Source of the DNA: Camelus ferus
Taxonomy: Eukaryota
Assembly: GCF_009834535.1 (NCBI RefSeq)
Contig: NC_045696.1
Location: forward strand, 46,750,001 to 46,814,000
Direction: 5' to 3'
Length of the DNA stretch: 64,000 bases
In this document: piece by piece, positions 1 to 11,600 of the stretch
Layout of the letters: each line of letters starts with the position of its first letter
Position numbering within the stretch: position 1 is the first letter of the stretch
Notes under the pieces: model-generated
What the model saw: the letters and a program-made list of their open reading frames with translations, nothing else
What the model was told of the DNA's origin: nothing
The model's database searches: none
Program-made: the position numbers and the translations under genes

Positions 1-756
1 CTGGAAAACTCAAGCTGCAGCTTGAATATCTGAGAGCCTAGCCAGGGTCAGGCAGGAGAAGGTCGGCCCACAGTGAGGCAGGTGGGTGCTGATGAGCCGC
101 TCAACTGCGCTGCCAGGAAGAGATTTATTCTTGGGGCAGAGTTCCTACACACCTTCTGGAGAAACAAGCCCTCCACCTTTCTCTCAGTGAAACCCAGGGA
201 GATAGTTGTTAGCAAAAGAGCAGTCCACAGAGGAGTCAAAAGCATTTTGGCCAGAAGAAGGTGGGTCAAGAGCCAAGATTATCGGGCTGGGCTTCCTCTG
301 ACTAGGGATGGTCCAGCCTCTCTCTAGGCCAAGGAGAAGCATGCAGCAAGCCAGCTACACCTTGGGGCAAATGAGGGTGCCCTTGTACTCCAAGTCCCTT
401 CTGCTTCGAGTCCCATTCCTCCAGCATACCTGGAGAAAGGAGTTTATCTCATGTCTTCCACTGAGCTGTCCACTGGGCAGATGTTCTTTTACGTTACATG
501 TTATTGCCATTCCTCTGACCACCACTCATGTAACCGATGGTCACAGCCTGGAACACCTGGACTCCAGTGTCCTTTAATAGAATGCTGCTTTCTGCATGTG
601 GAAGTGAACCACACTTACCTTTACTGCCCTTTCTTCAGTTCTCCAAAATGCCACTATATAGGGTGGTATAATTACACAAAATGTTCTTGAAGGGCTGTGG
701 ATAACTAAAGGGAGTTCTACTGAGGGAGGGGTTTTTTAATTTTACCTACATGTTTT

Positions 757-2135
757 TGTTGAGAGACAATTCTCCATGAATCGCTCACATTTCTGCACTA
801 TCTGGGTCCTGTAAGCAAAGATATTTATAGCCAAATTAAGAATATTTTATCCAGCAACTCCACTTCTGGGTGTTTATCTGAAGAAAATGAAAACATTAAT
901 TTGTAAAGATGTATGTTTCTCCATGTTCATGGCAGCATTATTTTCAATAGCCAAGATGTGGAAGCAACCTAAGTGCCCATCAATGGATGAATGGATAAAG
1001 ATGTGATTTATGTATATATATATGTATACCACACAGAATGGCATACTGTTCAGCCATAAAGAGAAATGAAATCTTGTCATTTGCAGCAACATGGAGGGAC
1101 CTTGAGGGCATTATGTTAAGCAAAATAAGTCAGACAGAAAAAGACAAATACCATATCATCTTACTTATATGTAGAATTTAAAACAACAACAAACCCCTCA
1201 AGCTCATAGATACAGAGAACAGATTGGCGATTGCCAGAGGCAGGAGGTGGGGGTGGGTGGGATAAATGAGTGTAGGGGGTCAAAAGGTACAAAATTCCAA
1301 TTATAAGTAAGTCCTGGGGACATAATGTACAGCGTGATGACTATAGTTAGCAATACTGTGTTGCATATTTGAAAGTTGCTTTAAAAGCAGATCTTAAAAG
1401 TCCTTATCACAAGAAAAACAAAAATTTTTAAACTATGTATAGTGACAGATATTAACTAGACTTATTGTGCTGAATGTTTTGCAATATATACAAATATTGA
1501 ACTATGATGTTATACACCTGAAACTAATATAATGTTATATGTCAGTTGAAAAAAAAAACACTTAAAATATTAAAAAGAGAGAATATTTGTATAAGGAGAC
1601 ATTTCAAAATACTAAAGCTTAGCAACATCTCCCTTTCTGCAGTTGCTTCAAGGTAGGAAAGTTAAAGGCCTCCTCTTCCTGTACCCAAAGAAAAGAAGCT
1701 TAAGTTCCTTATTAAAGTTAAGGTTTTTCTCTTTCCAGAGAGTGGATATGCAGGACACCAGCAGCCCTGTGCAAAATCAGAGTTTCCTAATTGTGGGAGT
1801 CCTCTCTAATAATGCACCCCACTGCATGTGAAGCCCTCATTTAATCTTCCCTGTACAGCCCTGGGGGGAATGTTGTTCAAACATCATGCTGCTTTAGCTG
1901 AGCATAATAAATGGTCTTTGTCTCTGACACAGAACTGTTTCCTCCTGAGCATGTGTATGTATGTATGCATACTCACATATGTGCATATACACCTATGAAA
2001 TTTATATGTATTTGTGTGTATATTTTATATATATTTAAAAAATGTATATTGTGCTGCACAAAAATAGAAGTGTGGCAGGCTAACTTGTTAGCTTGCAAGT
2101 AAGATAAAATTTCAGATCCTTCACAAATTCTGACT
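757..2135 (+). mobile_element. ERVL-class solo LTR (LTR40-like), split by a LINE-1 insertion
   Basis: Starts TGTTGAGAGACAATTCTCCATG, has AATAAA-TGGTCTTTGTCTCTGAC near 1906 and ends GTGGCAGGCTAACTTGTTAGCTTGCAAGT...TTCTGAC, resembling a recalled ERVL LTR consensus; family name tentative. Confidence 0.6.
848..1579 (+). mobile_element. 5'-truncated LINE-1 (L1MA-type ORF2 end plus 3' UTR and A-tail)
   Basis: Typical L1 motifs (CCAGCAACTCCACTTCTGGG, GGAAGCAACCTAAGTGCCCATCAATGGATGAATGGATAAAG), A-rich tail, TSD AGAATATTT at 839-847 and 1580-1588. Confidence 0.92.
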
Positions 2136-4261
2136 TAATAGTTTTATATGTAGATTCCTTTATGGAAATCTGTTCCCCGTTTAGAAGGATTATCCCAGCC
2201 TGGTATCCATCCCATCTTTCCCCCAGAAAATAGTGGGAATAGGGACTATTAGGATAGTTCAGGACAGATTTTGACATTCCAAGTCCAGGGCTGTTAATAC
2301 TGCTTCTACGAGTATAAATTGTCTTCTCACTATTCAAAGTCATCCAATAAGTAATCATTGGATCAAATACTTTACACTTTCATAGGTAGTTAAGGCCTTA
2401 GGACAATCGTTAATATCAGTGACGGGAAGTCCTGAATCTTACTGCGCAGGAGACCCTGTTTCCTAATGGCAGCACTGACCCCACACAGCTCATACGCCCC
2501 CAGGAGACTTAACGCCTGACATCTACCACTGAGCAGCCTTCAGAAACTCTTGTTCCTCTTCCAGCTTCCAGATGGGCCTCAGGGCCTGCAGATGTCAAAG
2601 GAGGGGACATTGCCACAGGCACTACCACTTAATAGCCACCTCTTAGCTGCCCAAAGCCCTGGTGGCTTTGTGTGTGTGTTTCTACAGCTTCTACAGAAGT
2701 GCTTCAGCTGCTCTGAAATCAGCGTGCGCGTATTCAGAAGTACTTTCTAATGACAACCTGGCTTCCCCTCCCCACCTAGAACCTTCTACAGCTCCCAGCA
2801 ACTCTCAGGACTCACTGAGGTCCAAGCAAGAGAGGACAGTTAAGCTCTAAACTTTACAGAAAAATCTACATCTGTTTGTGTGTCTTCCTTTTCCTGAGGC
2901 TACTTCATGGAAGTTCTTCCAATTTCCAATATTCGAAAGGAAATGAAGCTAAAAGTAAGTAAAGCTTTGCGTGAGGGCTTTATGTTTCTGATCAGGGACC
3001 CGCTTTCCACTCGCTCACATTACTCCTCCTCTGCCCACCTCCCCCTCCCAGAGGTGCTCGTCTCCATCAGGTGAAGTCAGTGTGGACCACGCACTGAGAT
3101 GGCGGCCGGTGTGGCAGATTCCAGACTTGCCTTTATGGAGACAGCAAAACTGTTTTCAGAATCACCTCCATACTTTCCTCCAGGATGAAATTCACATAAA
3201 CTGCCCCACTCCTCTGCCCCCCCAGTTGCCTGCCCTGTCACTCACTCATAGAAAAGATCTTGTGCTAATCCTCCTTCTTCCGTCCAGGAAGGAAAAAAGA
3301 GCTCGTCCAAGCCCTGTTGTGCAGCACCACCTGCCCACGTGTGCCCAGCCAAGTAATGATGGATTTGGAGCTGGGGGGATGAATGGGAATTGTGTTTATG
3401 AGCTGCGGAAAGTTGGCTGGGGAATCCAGCGGGAGGCTTAGCTGGAGAAAAAATGATTTGATCTTATGCTGTGTGTCTTGTCTTTCAAAAATACATGGCA
3501 TTATCCTTTTATTGAGGTTGGGAAAGGAAAAAAGGAGGCATGTTCTCCAAACACTGGGTTCAAGATCTGAGCAGCTCAGAGTTAGGCCTTTCGGGGATGT
3601 GCAACTCAAGCCAAAGGCTGCTTGCTCAGACATGGTGGGGCTGGAAGGGAACGTGGGTCACACCGCGGCTGAGGGGATTCTGACAGAGGGTCCTTGGGCC
3701 AGTGCTTGGTGTCCTGGAGAGGATCCCACACTTTGGGCAACTTTTTGGATAACAGGAAGGAGCAGCTGTCCCCCAAAACTGAGACTTTTCCTCGTGGGGA
3801 TATTCTGGCATGCATTTTTATGGACGTCGGCACAGTTATCTTAATGAGAATTTTGCTAAACAATTTAACACAGAACGGCTTTAGAGGATGTTATGAAGAA
3901 AAACACCACGTTGAAGTCTCCCCTTTTAGCTTCGATTGATTGATGAGAGAGTTTCTGGGTTGCTCTCTTGCTGAAACAGTTTCCCTAAGTTTCAGTTAGT
4001 ACAAAGTCCAGGTTGACCTAGTCTTGGGAGGAAGGCTTTGGTGTAGGCATTTGAAGAAACATCTCACTGGCAATTCCTGGCTGACAAGCTACTGGATAGG
4101 AGAGAGATGCAGGGGGGAAGGGGCATTAGTGAGGAAAGTTTCTTACTGGTGAAAAGAAGCAGTGCCAACAGAGTCAGAGCCAAATGGGATTTTGTTTTTA
4201 GTGTAGCTATAACTGTATGTCTCACTTCTCACCCCCTTTTTCAAAATTAATTAACTAATAA

Positions 4262-4960
4262 ATTAATTTAAAAAATTTTTGTTGATATATTTGACATGTA
4301 ACATTGCGTCAGTTTTAGGTGTGCAACATCATGATTTGATATATGTATATAGTTGTCCTTCAGTGTCTGTGGGGTCTGGTTCCAGGACCCCTTTGGATAC
4401 CAAAATCCACGAATACTACATAAAATGGTGTAGTATTTGCATAGAACCTACACATACCATTTGAACCATCTTTAGGTTACTTATAGTACCTAATGCAATG
4501 TAAATGCTCTGTACCTAGTTGTAATACAATGTAAGTAGTTGTGTGGCAAATTCAAGTTTTGTTTTTTGGAACTTTCTGGATTTTTTTTTTTTTTTTTTTA
4601 CTATTTTTGATGTTTGGTTGAATCTAGAGATGCGGAACCCACAGTTAAGGAGGGCTGATTGTGTGTTGCAAAATGTTCGTCCCAGTAAGTTTGGTTAACA
4701 TCCATCAACACACAGAGTCACTACTTTTCTTTTCCTGTGATAAGAAATTTTAATCTACTCACTTAGCAACTTTCCAATACGCGATACAGCATTGTTAACT
4801 ACAGTCACCATGCTGCCCGTTATTACATCACAGGGCTTGTTTACCTTATAACTGGAAGTTTGTACCTTTGACCCCTTTCCCCCATTCCCCCCACCCTCCC
4901 CCCACCAAACCCTGCCTCTGGCAACCACCAATGTGTTCTCTGGAACTATGAGTTTCTTTC
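4262..4960 (-). mobile_element. LINE-1 3' end (L1MA9-like), interrupted by a Tigger-family element
   Basis: Antisense L1 3' UTR motifs (TTAACTACAGTCACCATGCTG, ATAACTGGAAGTTTGTACCTTTGACC, CCTCTGGCAACCACCAAT). Confidence 0.85.
4350..4661 (+). mobile_element. MER2-like TcMar-Tigger non-autonomous DNA transposon
   Basis: Degenerate terminal inverted repeats (TAGTTGTCCTTCAGTGTCTGTGGG ... CCCACAGTTAAGGAGGGCTGATTG), internal GGTTCCAGGACCCC and GGATACCAAAATCC; preceded by TA. Confidence 0.8.
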
Positions 4961-6344
4961 TTTCTCACTCTCTTTACACCACATGAGAGGACACTGAGCA
5001 TGGTAAGGCAGGAAAATGCAGAAGCAAATGGAGGTTGTCTGGGAGCACTAGAAAGACAAAGAAAGCTGTCCCTTTATGTTGCTCTAACAGCCCAGGCAGT
5101 GGGGCCTTGTCCGCGCTGAGTGAGCCGAGGGCCACTGCTAACCCATACAGTGCCTTTGTCCAAATTAGAAAATGCCCCCTTTCTCCAGGCAGTGAGGCAG
5201 GGTGAGCAGAGCAAGGGCTGAACTTCAGCCTCTCTGCACCCCGGTGGGATGATGCCCTTGGGCAGTGAACAGCCTATAGGGCTGGAGAGAAGCTCCCTAT
5301 GGCTGACGAAAGGCCCATGAACTTGAATGCCTTCTCTGAGGTCCGTCTTCCTGGGAGTCCCAGCCTGGAACACAGAGCCAGGACTTCGTGGAAACCCAAT
5401 TAGATGTTGGCAAATGTCACAGCCACATAGTGTCTTTCTTCTCCATCTTCTGTAAGAAGCCCTTTGCCCTCAGGGGCCACTGTCATTAACCCAAGAGAGA
5501 ATAAGCCGTCCTCCTAGTCAAACAAGAAGCTGCCATCACGGTTGACATATTCAAACAGAAAACCTGTTTTCAGGGCTCACCCAATGTATATGTCCTTCCA
5601 TGTGAACATCCTTATAGTTGATGTAAAAAAAAAAGAAGAAGAAGATGAAGAAAAAAGAACAAAAGAAAGAAAAAGTCATATTAGTATTCCATTCTGCCTC
5701 TACCTCGTCCTCCCGCATCCACGCCAGACCTAACAGTACAGTAATCTATACAAAGGAGCTGCTCCGCTCATTAAGGGATCAGACAATGACAATCCCATTG
5801 CCCGAGCCGGAGTGCAGAGCTGTGAGCTCCTTTGTCTAAATGCCACAAATTGTTATAGTTTTGCTGTGCATTTCAGTGCTGGCGTCATCACCCTTTAATT
5901 GGCCAGAAGACTCTGCTGTAACATTCAAAAGGAATCACAATGTTCTCAGTCCCCGTCCAGTTTTCAATATAATTATTTGTCAGAATCACATTAACCTGAT
6001 GTATGACAAACCCATAAAATAGATTCATTTAGGTCCCCAGGAGTCCTCCCTCATTAACTCAGATATTTATAGCCATGGCTTCGATGCTGCAATCCCTCCT
6101 CCTGTGAAACACAGAGCAGGGATGTCAGATTTCCCTGATGCTGTTGGGGGAGTCATTTGTTTTAAAGTATTGCAAAGAGGGATGGAATGAATCTGACCTC
6201 GAGTCCAGGCCCCTGTGAACCTTGCTTGACTGGCTCCTCTGACAGTTCCTCTCTTTTTAGGGATGGGTGGGGGGAAGCCCTAAAACTAAACACTCAGTTT
6301 AATAACTTTCCCAAGGTAATGAGGCAGAACCAATGAGACTGAAG

Positions 6345-6610
6345 CATTCAGAGGGCTGATTCTGTAATCAGACTTCTGGAATCACATCCTGGCTTTACTG
6401 CTCACTATGCTAGCTTAGGCAAGATAATGAATTTCCTTAGACCTCAGTTTCCTCCTCTGTAAAATGGGAGTAATGATAGATTCTAACCTCAAAGGGTTGT
6501 TGGGGGGGGGCAATGAATTAACACATGGAAAGTGCTTATGACAATCTTTGGCACATAACAAGTGCTAAATCAATGTTACTTAAAATAATGATTACAACTG
6601 CTATTATTAC
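6345..6610 (+). mobile_element. MIR SINE
   Basis: MIR core CCTCAGTTTCCTCCTCTGTAAAATGGG and 3' GTGCTTA...GGCACATA...TGCT...AATGTTA. Confidence 0.8.
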
Positions 6611-7664
6611 CTTGGCCCACAGTTAAACCATGTTTTCGTTCTGCAGTCCAGCCCCGTTGCTTTCATGCTGTGATCTAGGGAGCACTGGGCTTAAGCAGAG
6701 GTGACTCAGGCTCCCCATGGGTGGAGCTGGGCTAGCTGTGGAGCGTGCACGGCGCAAAGGCCCATCAGAAAGGGTTCCCTGTGTTCTTTAGCCAGAGCCT
6801 TGACACTTCCATCCATTCTGTGTATTGGAATCCTAGATAAGTTTTCATTTAAATAGTGGGATCCGGGACTGAACTGACTCAGGTTGAAAACTGCAGCTCC
6901 AGATACTTGTGCCAAGTTCCCAGCTCATCTAAGGGGCCCTGTGAGCACTTGTCCCTGCTGCTCGCTCACTCGAAATTCATAAAGCTGATCACGATGCCCT
7001 CGGAAGTTTTCTTTTACTTTTAATTTTTGGGGAGTCACATGGCTGCAGCTTTGAATTCCTGGTATTGCCAAAGTCTAAGGGTGTTTCCAGGGGCTTGTAA
7101 ATGGCTGTGTTGGAAATGTTGTCTGTGACAAGAGAGCCTAGAGCTTTCGCTTCATCAGGACCAGCAGAGTTGGGCGGTTAGTAACGACAGGGCCTGAGTT
7201 CACTGCAGTGTTTCTCCCGTTGCCTTCATGGCTGAGCTTGTTCCAGGAACCCAAGGCCCACTGTGTTCTGATTGTCCACCTGGCTCCTGGAGACCAAGCA
7301 TCAGGCACTTGCAATAAATTCACATCCTTGGGCAAGGCCCTGTTTGACTCCCACAAATCCCTTTAGGATTGGTTCATTATTCCTGAGCAATAATGAAAAG
7401 GCAGTGAAGTCCTTTCTACTCATTCCAAAAGATCTGAGTAAAACACCAATTTCACCCCATCATTTCTTCCCTCAAACTTTAGTTTCTGCCCCATAAGTCT
7501 GTTGGATAAAGTTCAAACCCTTCAGCCTGGCTTTTGGGCTGACCCAACCCACTTTCTCTCATACCCTTCTGAAGCAAACTTTCTGATAGAGCAAGTAAGT
7601 TTTATCACCACCCGCCATGTTACTGATCCTCCACCCTCTCCACCACCTTTCTAAAACATATTCA

Positions 7665-8338
7665 TTTTTTTTCTTTTTTTTTAAATTAAAGCACAGTCAA
7701 TTACAATGTGTCAATTTCTGGTATACAAAACAGTATGCCTATCATGCATATACATGCATATATTCGTTTTCATATTTTTTCCATTAAAGGTTATTAAAAG
7801 ATATTGAACATAGTTCCCTGTGCTATACAAAAGAAATTTTAAAAGTCTGTTTTTATATATAGTGGCTAACATTTGTAAATCTCAAACTCCCAAATTTATC
7901 CCCTTCCACCCCCTTTCCCCGGTAACCATAAGATTGCTTACTAAGTCTGCAAGTCTGTTTCTGTTTTGTTTTGTAGATGAGTTCATTAGTGTCCTTTTTC
8001 TTTTAGATTCCATGTATAAGTGATATCATCTGGTATTTTTCTTTCTCTTTCTGGTTTGCTTCACTTAAAATGATGATTTCTCGGTCCATCCATGTTGCTG
8101 CAAATGGCATTCTTTTATTCTTTTTTATGGCTGAGTAGTATTCCATTGTATAAATAAATATACCACAACTTCTTTATCCAGTGATCTGTCAATGGACATT
8201 TAGGTTGGTTCTATGTCTTGGCTATTGTATATAGTGCTGCTATGAACATTGGGGTGCATGTATCTTTTTGCATTAGAGTTCCCTCTGGATACGTGCCCAG
8301 AAGTGGGATTGCTGGATCATATGGTAAGTCTCTTTTTA
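7665..8338 (-). mobile_element. 5'-truncated LINE-1 (lineage-specific type)
   Basis: Poly(T) tail, antisense L1 3' UTR and ORF2 end (TCCATCCATGTTGCTGCAAATGGC, GGGATTGCTGGATCATATGG); imperfect TSD CTAAAACnnATTCA at 7651-7664 and 8339-8352. Confidence 0.92.
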
Positions 8339-8805
8339 CTAAAACTGATTCACTTTTAAGACCCATCCATGGCTCCTCTGCTGTTCTGAGCTTTCTCCTG
8401 ACTACTCAAACATGACAACTGCTCCTGTCTTTGATCTACAAGGGTGTGTTCTATCTGCTTTGCTCATTTAGGCCATTATTCCATGATGCCAGTTCTAGGA
8501 GTAAAGGGATGATGAATTAGAGGCACCAGCAGGAAAAATCAGTTGCAAGTTACCAAGATAAGATCCTAAAGAGTAGCATTTGGCCCTGGGGAGACAGAAT
8601 ACCATGAACCAGACCCTCCAAGCCCACCTGTGTAAATCAGAATGATCATTATAAAGGGATATAGGCCATTCACATGGGCAGAATGCATGGGTTCCCTACC
8701 CTGGGCACCTTTCTCCCTCCCTCAAGAAGTCAGGGAAGCTAGCTAGTCACTAGGATGTTGGCTAGACATTTCAGCAGAGAAGGAAAATATCCCTGTGAAC
8801 TATTT

Positions 8806-8955
8806 TTTATTTTTAATTTAATTTTTTTTGGTGGGGGAAGGTAATTAGGTTTACTTATTTATTTATTCTTAGAAGCAGTACTGGGGATGGAACCTAGGAC
8901 CTCATGCATGCTAAGTACGCACTTTACCATTTGAGCTATACCCTCCCCCACCACC
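8806..8955 (-). mobile_element. tRNA-Ala-derived SINE (camelid Vic-1-like)
   Basis: Reverse complement reads GGGTATAGCTCAAATGGTAAAGTGCGTACTTAGCATGCATGAGGTCCTAGGTTCCATCCCCAGTAC followed by an A-rich tail; perfect TSD GTGAACTATTT at 8795-8805 and 8956-8966. Confidence 0.88.
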
Positions 8956-10438
8956 GTGAACTATTTAATACGGGCTACAATGAGAACTGGTTACACTCCC
9001 CTGCTCCTTAACAGGAATGGGGACTCTACTGATCAAATGCTCTAGCTCCCAAATTCAAGGTCTCCCCATTGGATATTGTTATCAACAGTGGAAGTATGTG
9101 CTTCTCTTTTCCCCCATTTTTCTAAGCTTATGAGACTTATTTTTTCCCTTCTATGACTCATGAATTTTACCCTTTTATTCAAGAAATATTTGTTGAACAT
9201 CATTTACTATAGGACAAGTGCTAGGAATATAAAAGTGAACAATACTCTGGATACTTCCACACCACTGGTTTTACTACAGTCAAGTTTTGATATAGATCTA
9301 AAAGCCATCCTTTCTTTGTAAGGTGACTTTGGGATATTTAATTTGATCCATTTGGGTTGATGCCAGAATTCTGCATAGCACTGTTACCTGACTTTCCTGA
9401 GTGTGGAGCTTATTGCCTCAACAGTTTTTTAAGTTCCTAGAAGCCAGAGAACAACTCAGTATTTCTCATGGATCCCTTATTGTTTGTAGGATATGTTGTG
9501 CACATTGTAGGAACTAAATATTTGTCTCTTTATAGGAGAAACCATATTTCTTTGCAGCCATAATGGAAGAGGGGAGGCAGCTTTACACAGTCTTATTTCA
9601 GAGATTCCCCAACCAATGGCCCACCTATTAAATCCACCCAGCAGATATGTTATATATATCTGGTCTACAACTGTTACTGTTTTGTTTTTTAATTGAGCCA
9701 ACATTAAAAAAAAATAGAGATTTCTTACACACACACCCACATACACACCCACCCCACCCCTAGAATTCCAAGCTCCTTTGGATTTTCAGCTTCCTCTGGA
9801 AAATTGGAAAACAACTCTTGGCCTCCTGCCCACTGAGCAGAAGTGCTGGCATGAAGTACGCAGGGCCACTTCAGAGAGCAAACGTTTCCCGCAGGCCCCG
9901 TCCCTTTCGCTCTGTGTCTCATCACACTTGGCCTGCCTCACTTGCACCACAGCTGAATCCTGGGTCTGTGAGCCCTGCTCTACATGAAGCCAGTATATCG
10001 GGAAAGGGGAGAGGAGATAACCCCCGAGACCCACTGCACCAACCCTGCGTGTCCCGAGGCCCTGGAGCTGAAGACGGGCTGGCTGCCGGGCCTGCACCTT
10101 GGCCCAGGGCCTTCCTTAGGTCTGTCTTCTCTGGAATGTGGGTGCTCCCTGCTGGGGAGCCTACTGGGGCTCCAAATGGCCCGTGTCATCGAGTCCAAGC
10201 TCTCTGCCTCCCAGGCTCTTCTCCAGCACAGCCTAGACCCTATCTCTGCTGGGTTTTGACAGGACTACCCCTTAATCCTGCCAAGGCGACCTGCCGGCCA
10301 AGCCCTCCCCTCCCCCATGCCTGTCTTTCTCATTCTTTCCTCAGGCATCAGGGAGGGAAGAGTGATAGGCAGGGGGAAAATTTTTAAAAAAGGAAGAAGG
10401 AAGAGAAAGGGAGAGAGAGAAGACATTTATAGAGGACT

Positions 10439-10707
10439 TTTTTTTTAATTGAAGTATAGTCAGTTTGCAGGGTGTTAATTTCTGGTGTACAGCATAGTGA
10501 TTCATTTATACATGCATATATATACATTCTGTTTCATATTCTTTTTCATTATAGGCCATTACAAGGTATTGGATATAGTTCCCTGTGCTATACAGTAGGA
10601 CATTGTTGTTTATCTATTTTATATATAGTTAGTATCTGCTAAGTCCAAACTCCCAATTTATCCTTCCACCCGCCCCCCCCCCCCCTTAACCCAAGTCTGT
10701 TTTTATG
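10439..10707 (-). mobile_element. Short LINE-1 3' end, related to the copies at 7665 and 42133
   Basis: TTGAAGTATAGTCAGTTT...ATATAGTTCCCTGTGCTATACAGTAGG antisense L1 3' UTR with poly(T) tail. Confidence 0.88.
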
Positions 10708-11028
10708 GAGGGACTCATGCACTTCACCCTATGTGATCTCAGGTCCCTGTTCACAAAGATTTTAGTCATGTGTGTGGGTGTGTTTGTGTTCATGTGTGTT
10801 GTGTATATGGGGGGGTGTGTATGTGTGTTTATGAGGAGAGGGGGTAAAAGGTATAGAACAAATAGATATGCAACTATTATTCCAGCTGGAAATGGAAAAG
10901 CAATAAGAATATTGAGTTCGCAACACAAGTGACGGCCATTGTGCAAGAGCGAGCTGCTTTCCGGTCAAGGTACCAAAAGTTGTGTGTCTGTATGTGTGCA
11001 TAAAAGAATATATATGTGAATGTGGGCA

Positions 11029-11063
11029 CACACACACACACACACTTCTTTTTTTTTTTTTTT
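11029..11063. repeat. (CA)n microsatellite and poly(T)
   Basis: Directly visible. Confidence 0.9.
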
Positions 11064-11064
11064 A

Positions 11065-11600
11065 GATTATAATTAATTACTTGCTTATGTAAAAACTTGG
11101 AAAATAAAATCTAAAAAAGGGACAGGAAAAGGAATAAAAATCAAACATGATCTTATCACTCAGATAATTTTTAATGTATTTCCTATTTCTATGCATAGTA
11201 TGTCTTATACAGCTGAGAGCTTAAATGGCATATTAAAGTTTACTAGCTTGTTTGTCCCTCTTAAAATAATATAGACAGTTCCAAATGGCATAAAAAAATT
11301 CCTTATAACCATCATTTTAATAGTTCTATTACATACATAGTGCAGATTTTCATAATTTACTTAACCAATCTCTAACTTTTGAGCATTTAGACTGGTAGAA
11401 GTTTTTTGACTTTTATAAATAACGTGATAATAAACATCTTTGTGCATGGATCTTTGCATTAATTATTATTTCTTTAGGATATTTCCAAAAATGGGATAAC
11501 TGGACAAAGAGTAAAAGTACCTGTAAAATTCATGAGTTGTATCTTGTTAAACTGCTTTCCTAGGTGATACTGCTTTATATTCCCAACACCCTTAATTGAA
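11065..11600 (-). mobile_element. Ancient LINE-1 (L1ME-type) fragment
   Basis: AT-rich; contains CATAATTTACTTAACCAATC...AAACATCTTTGTGCAT...TTCTTTAGGATA, typical of degenerate antisense L1M. Confidence 0.55.

Noticed and set aside
9786..10387. Overlapping ORFs up to 189 aa in a GC-rich patch
   Set aside because: No recognisable protein similarity or convincing exon structure; stop-codon scarcity is expected at high GC
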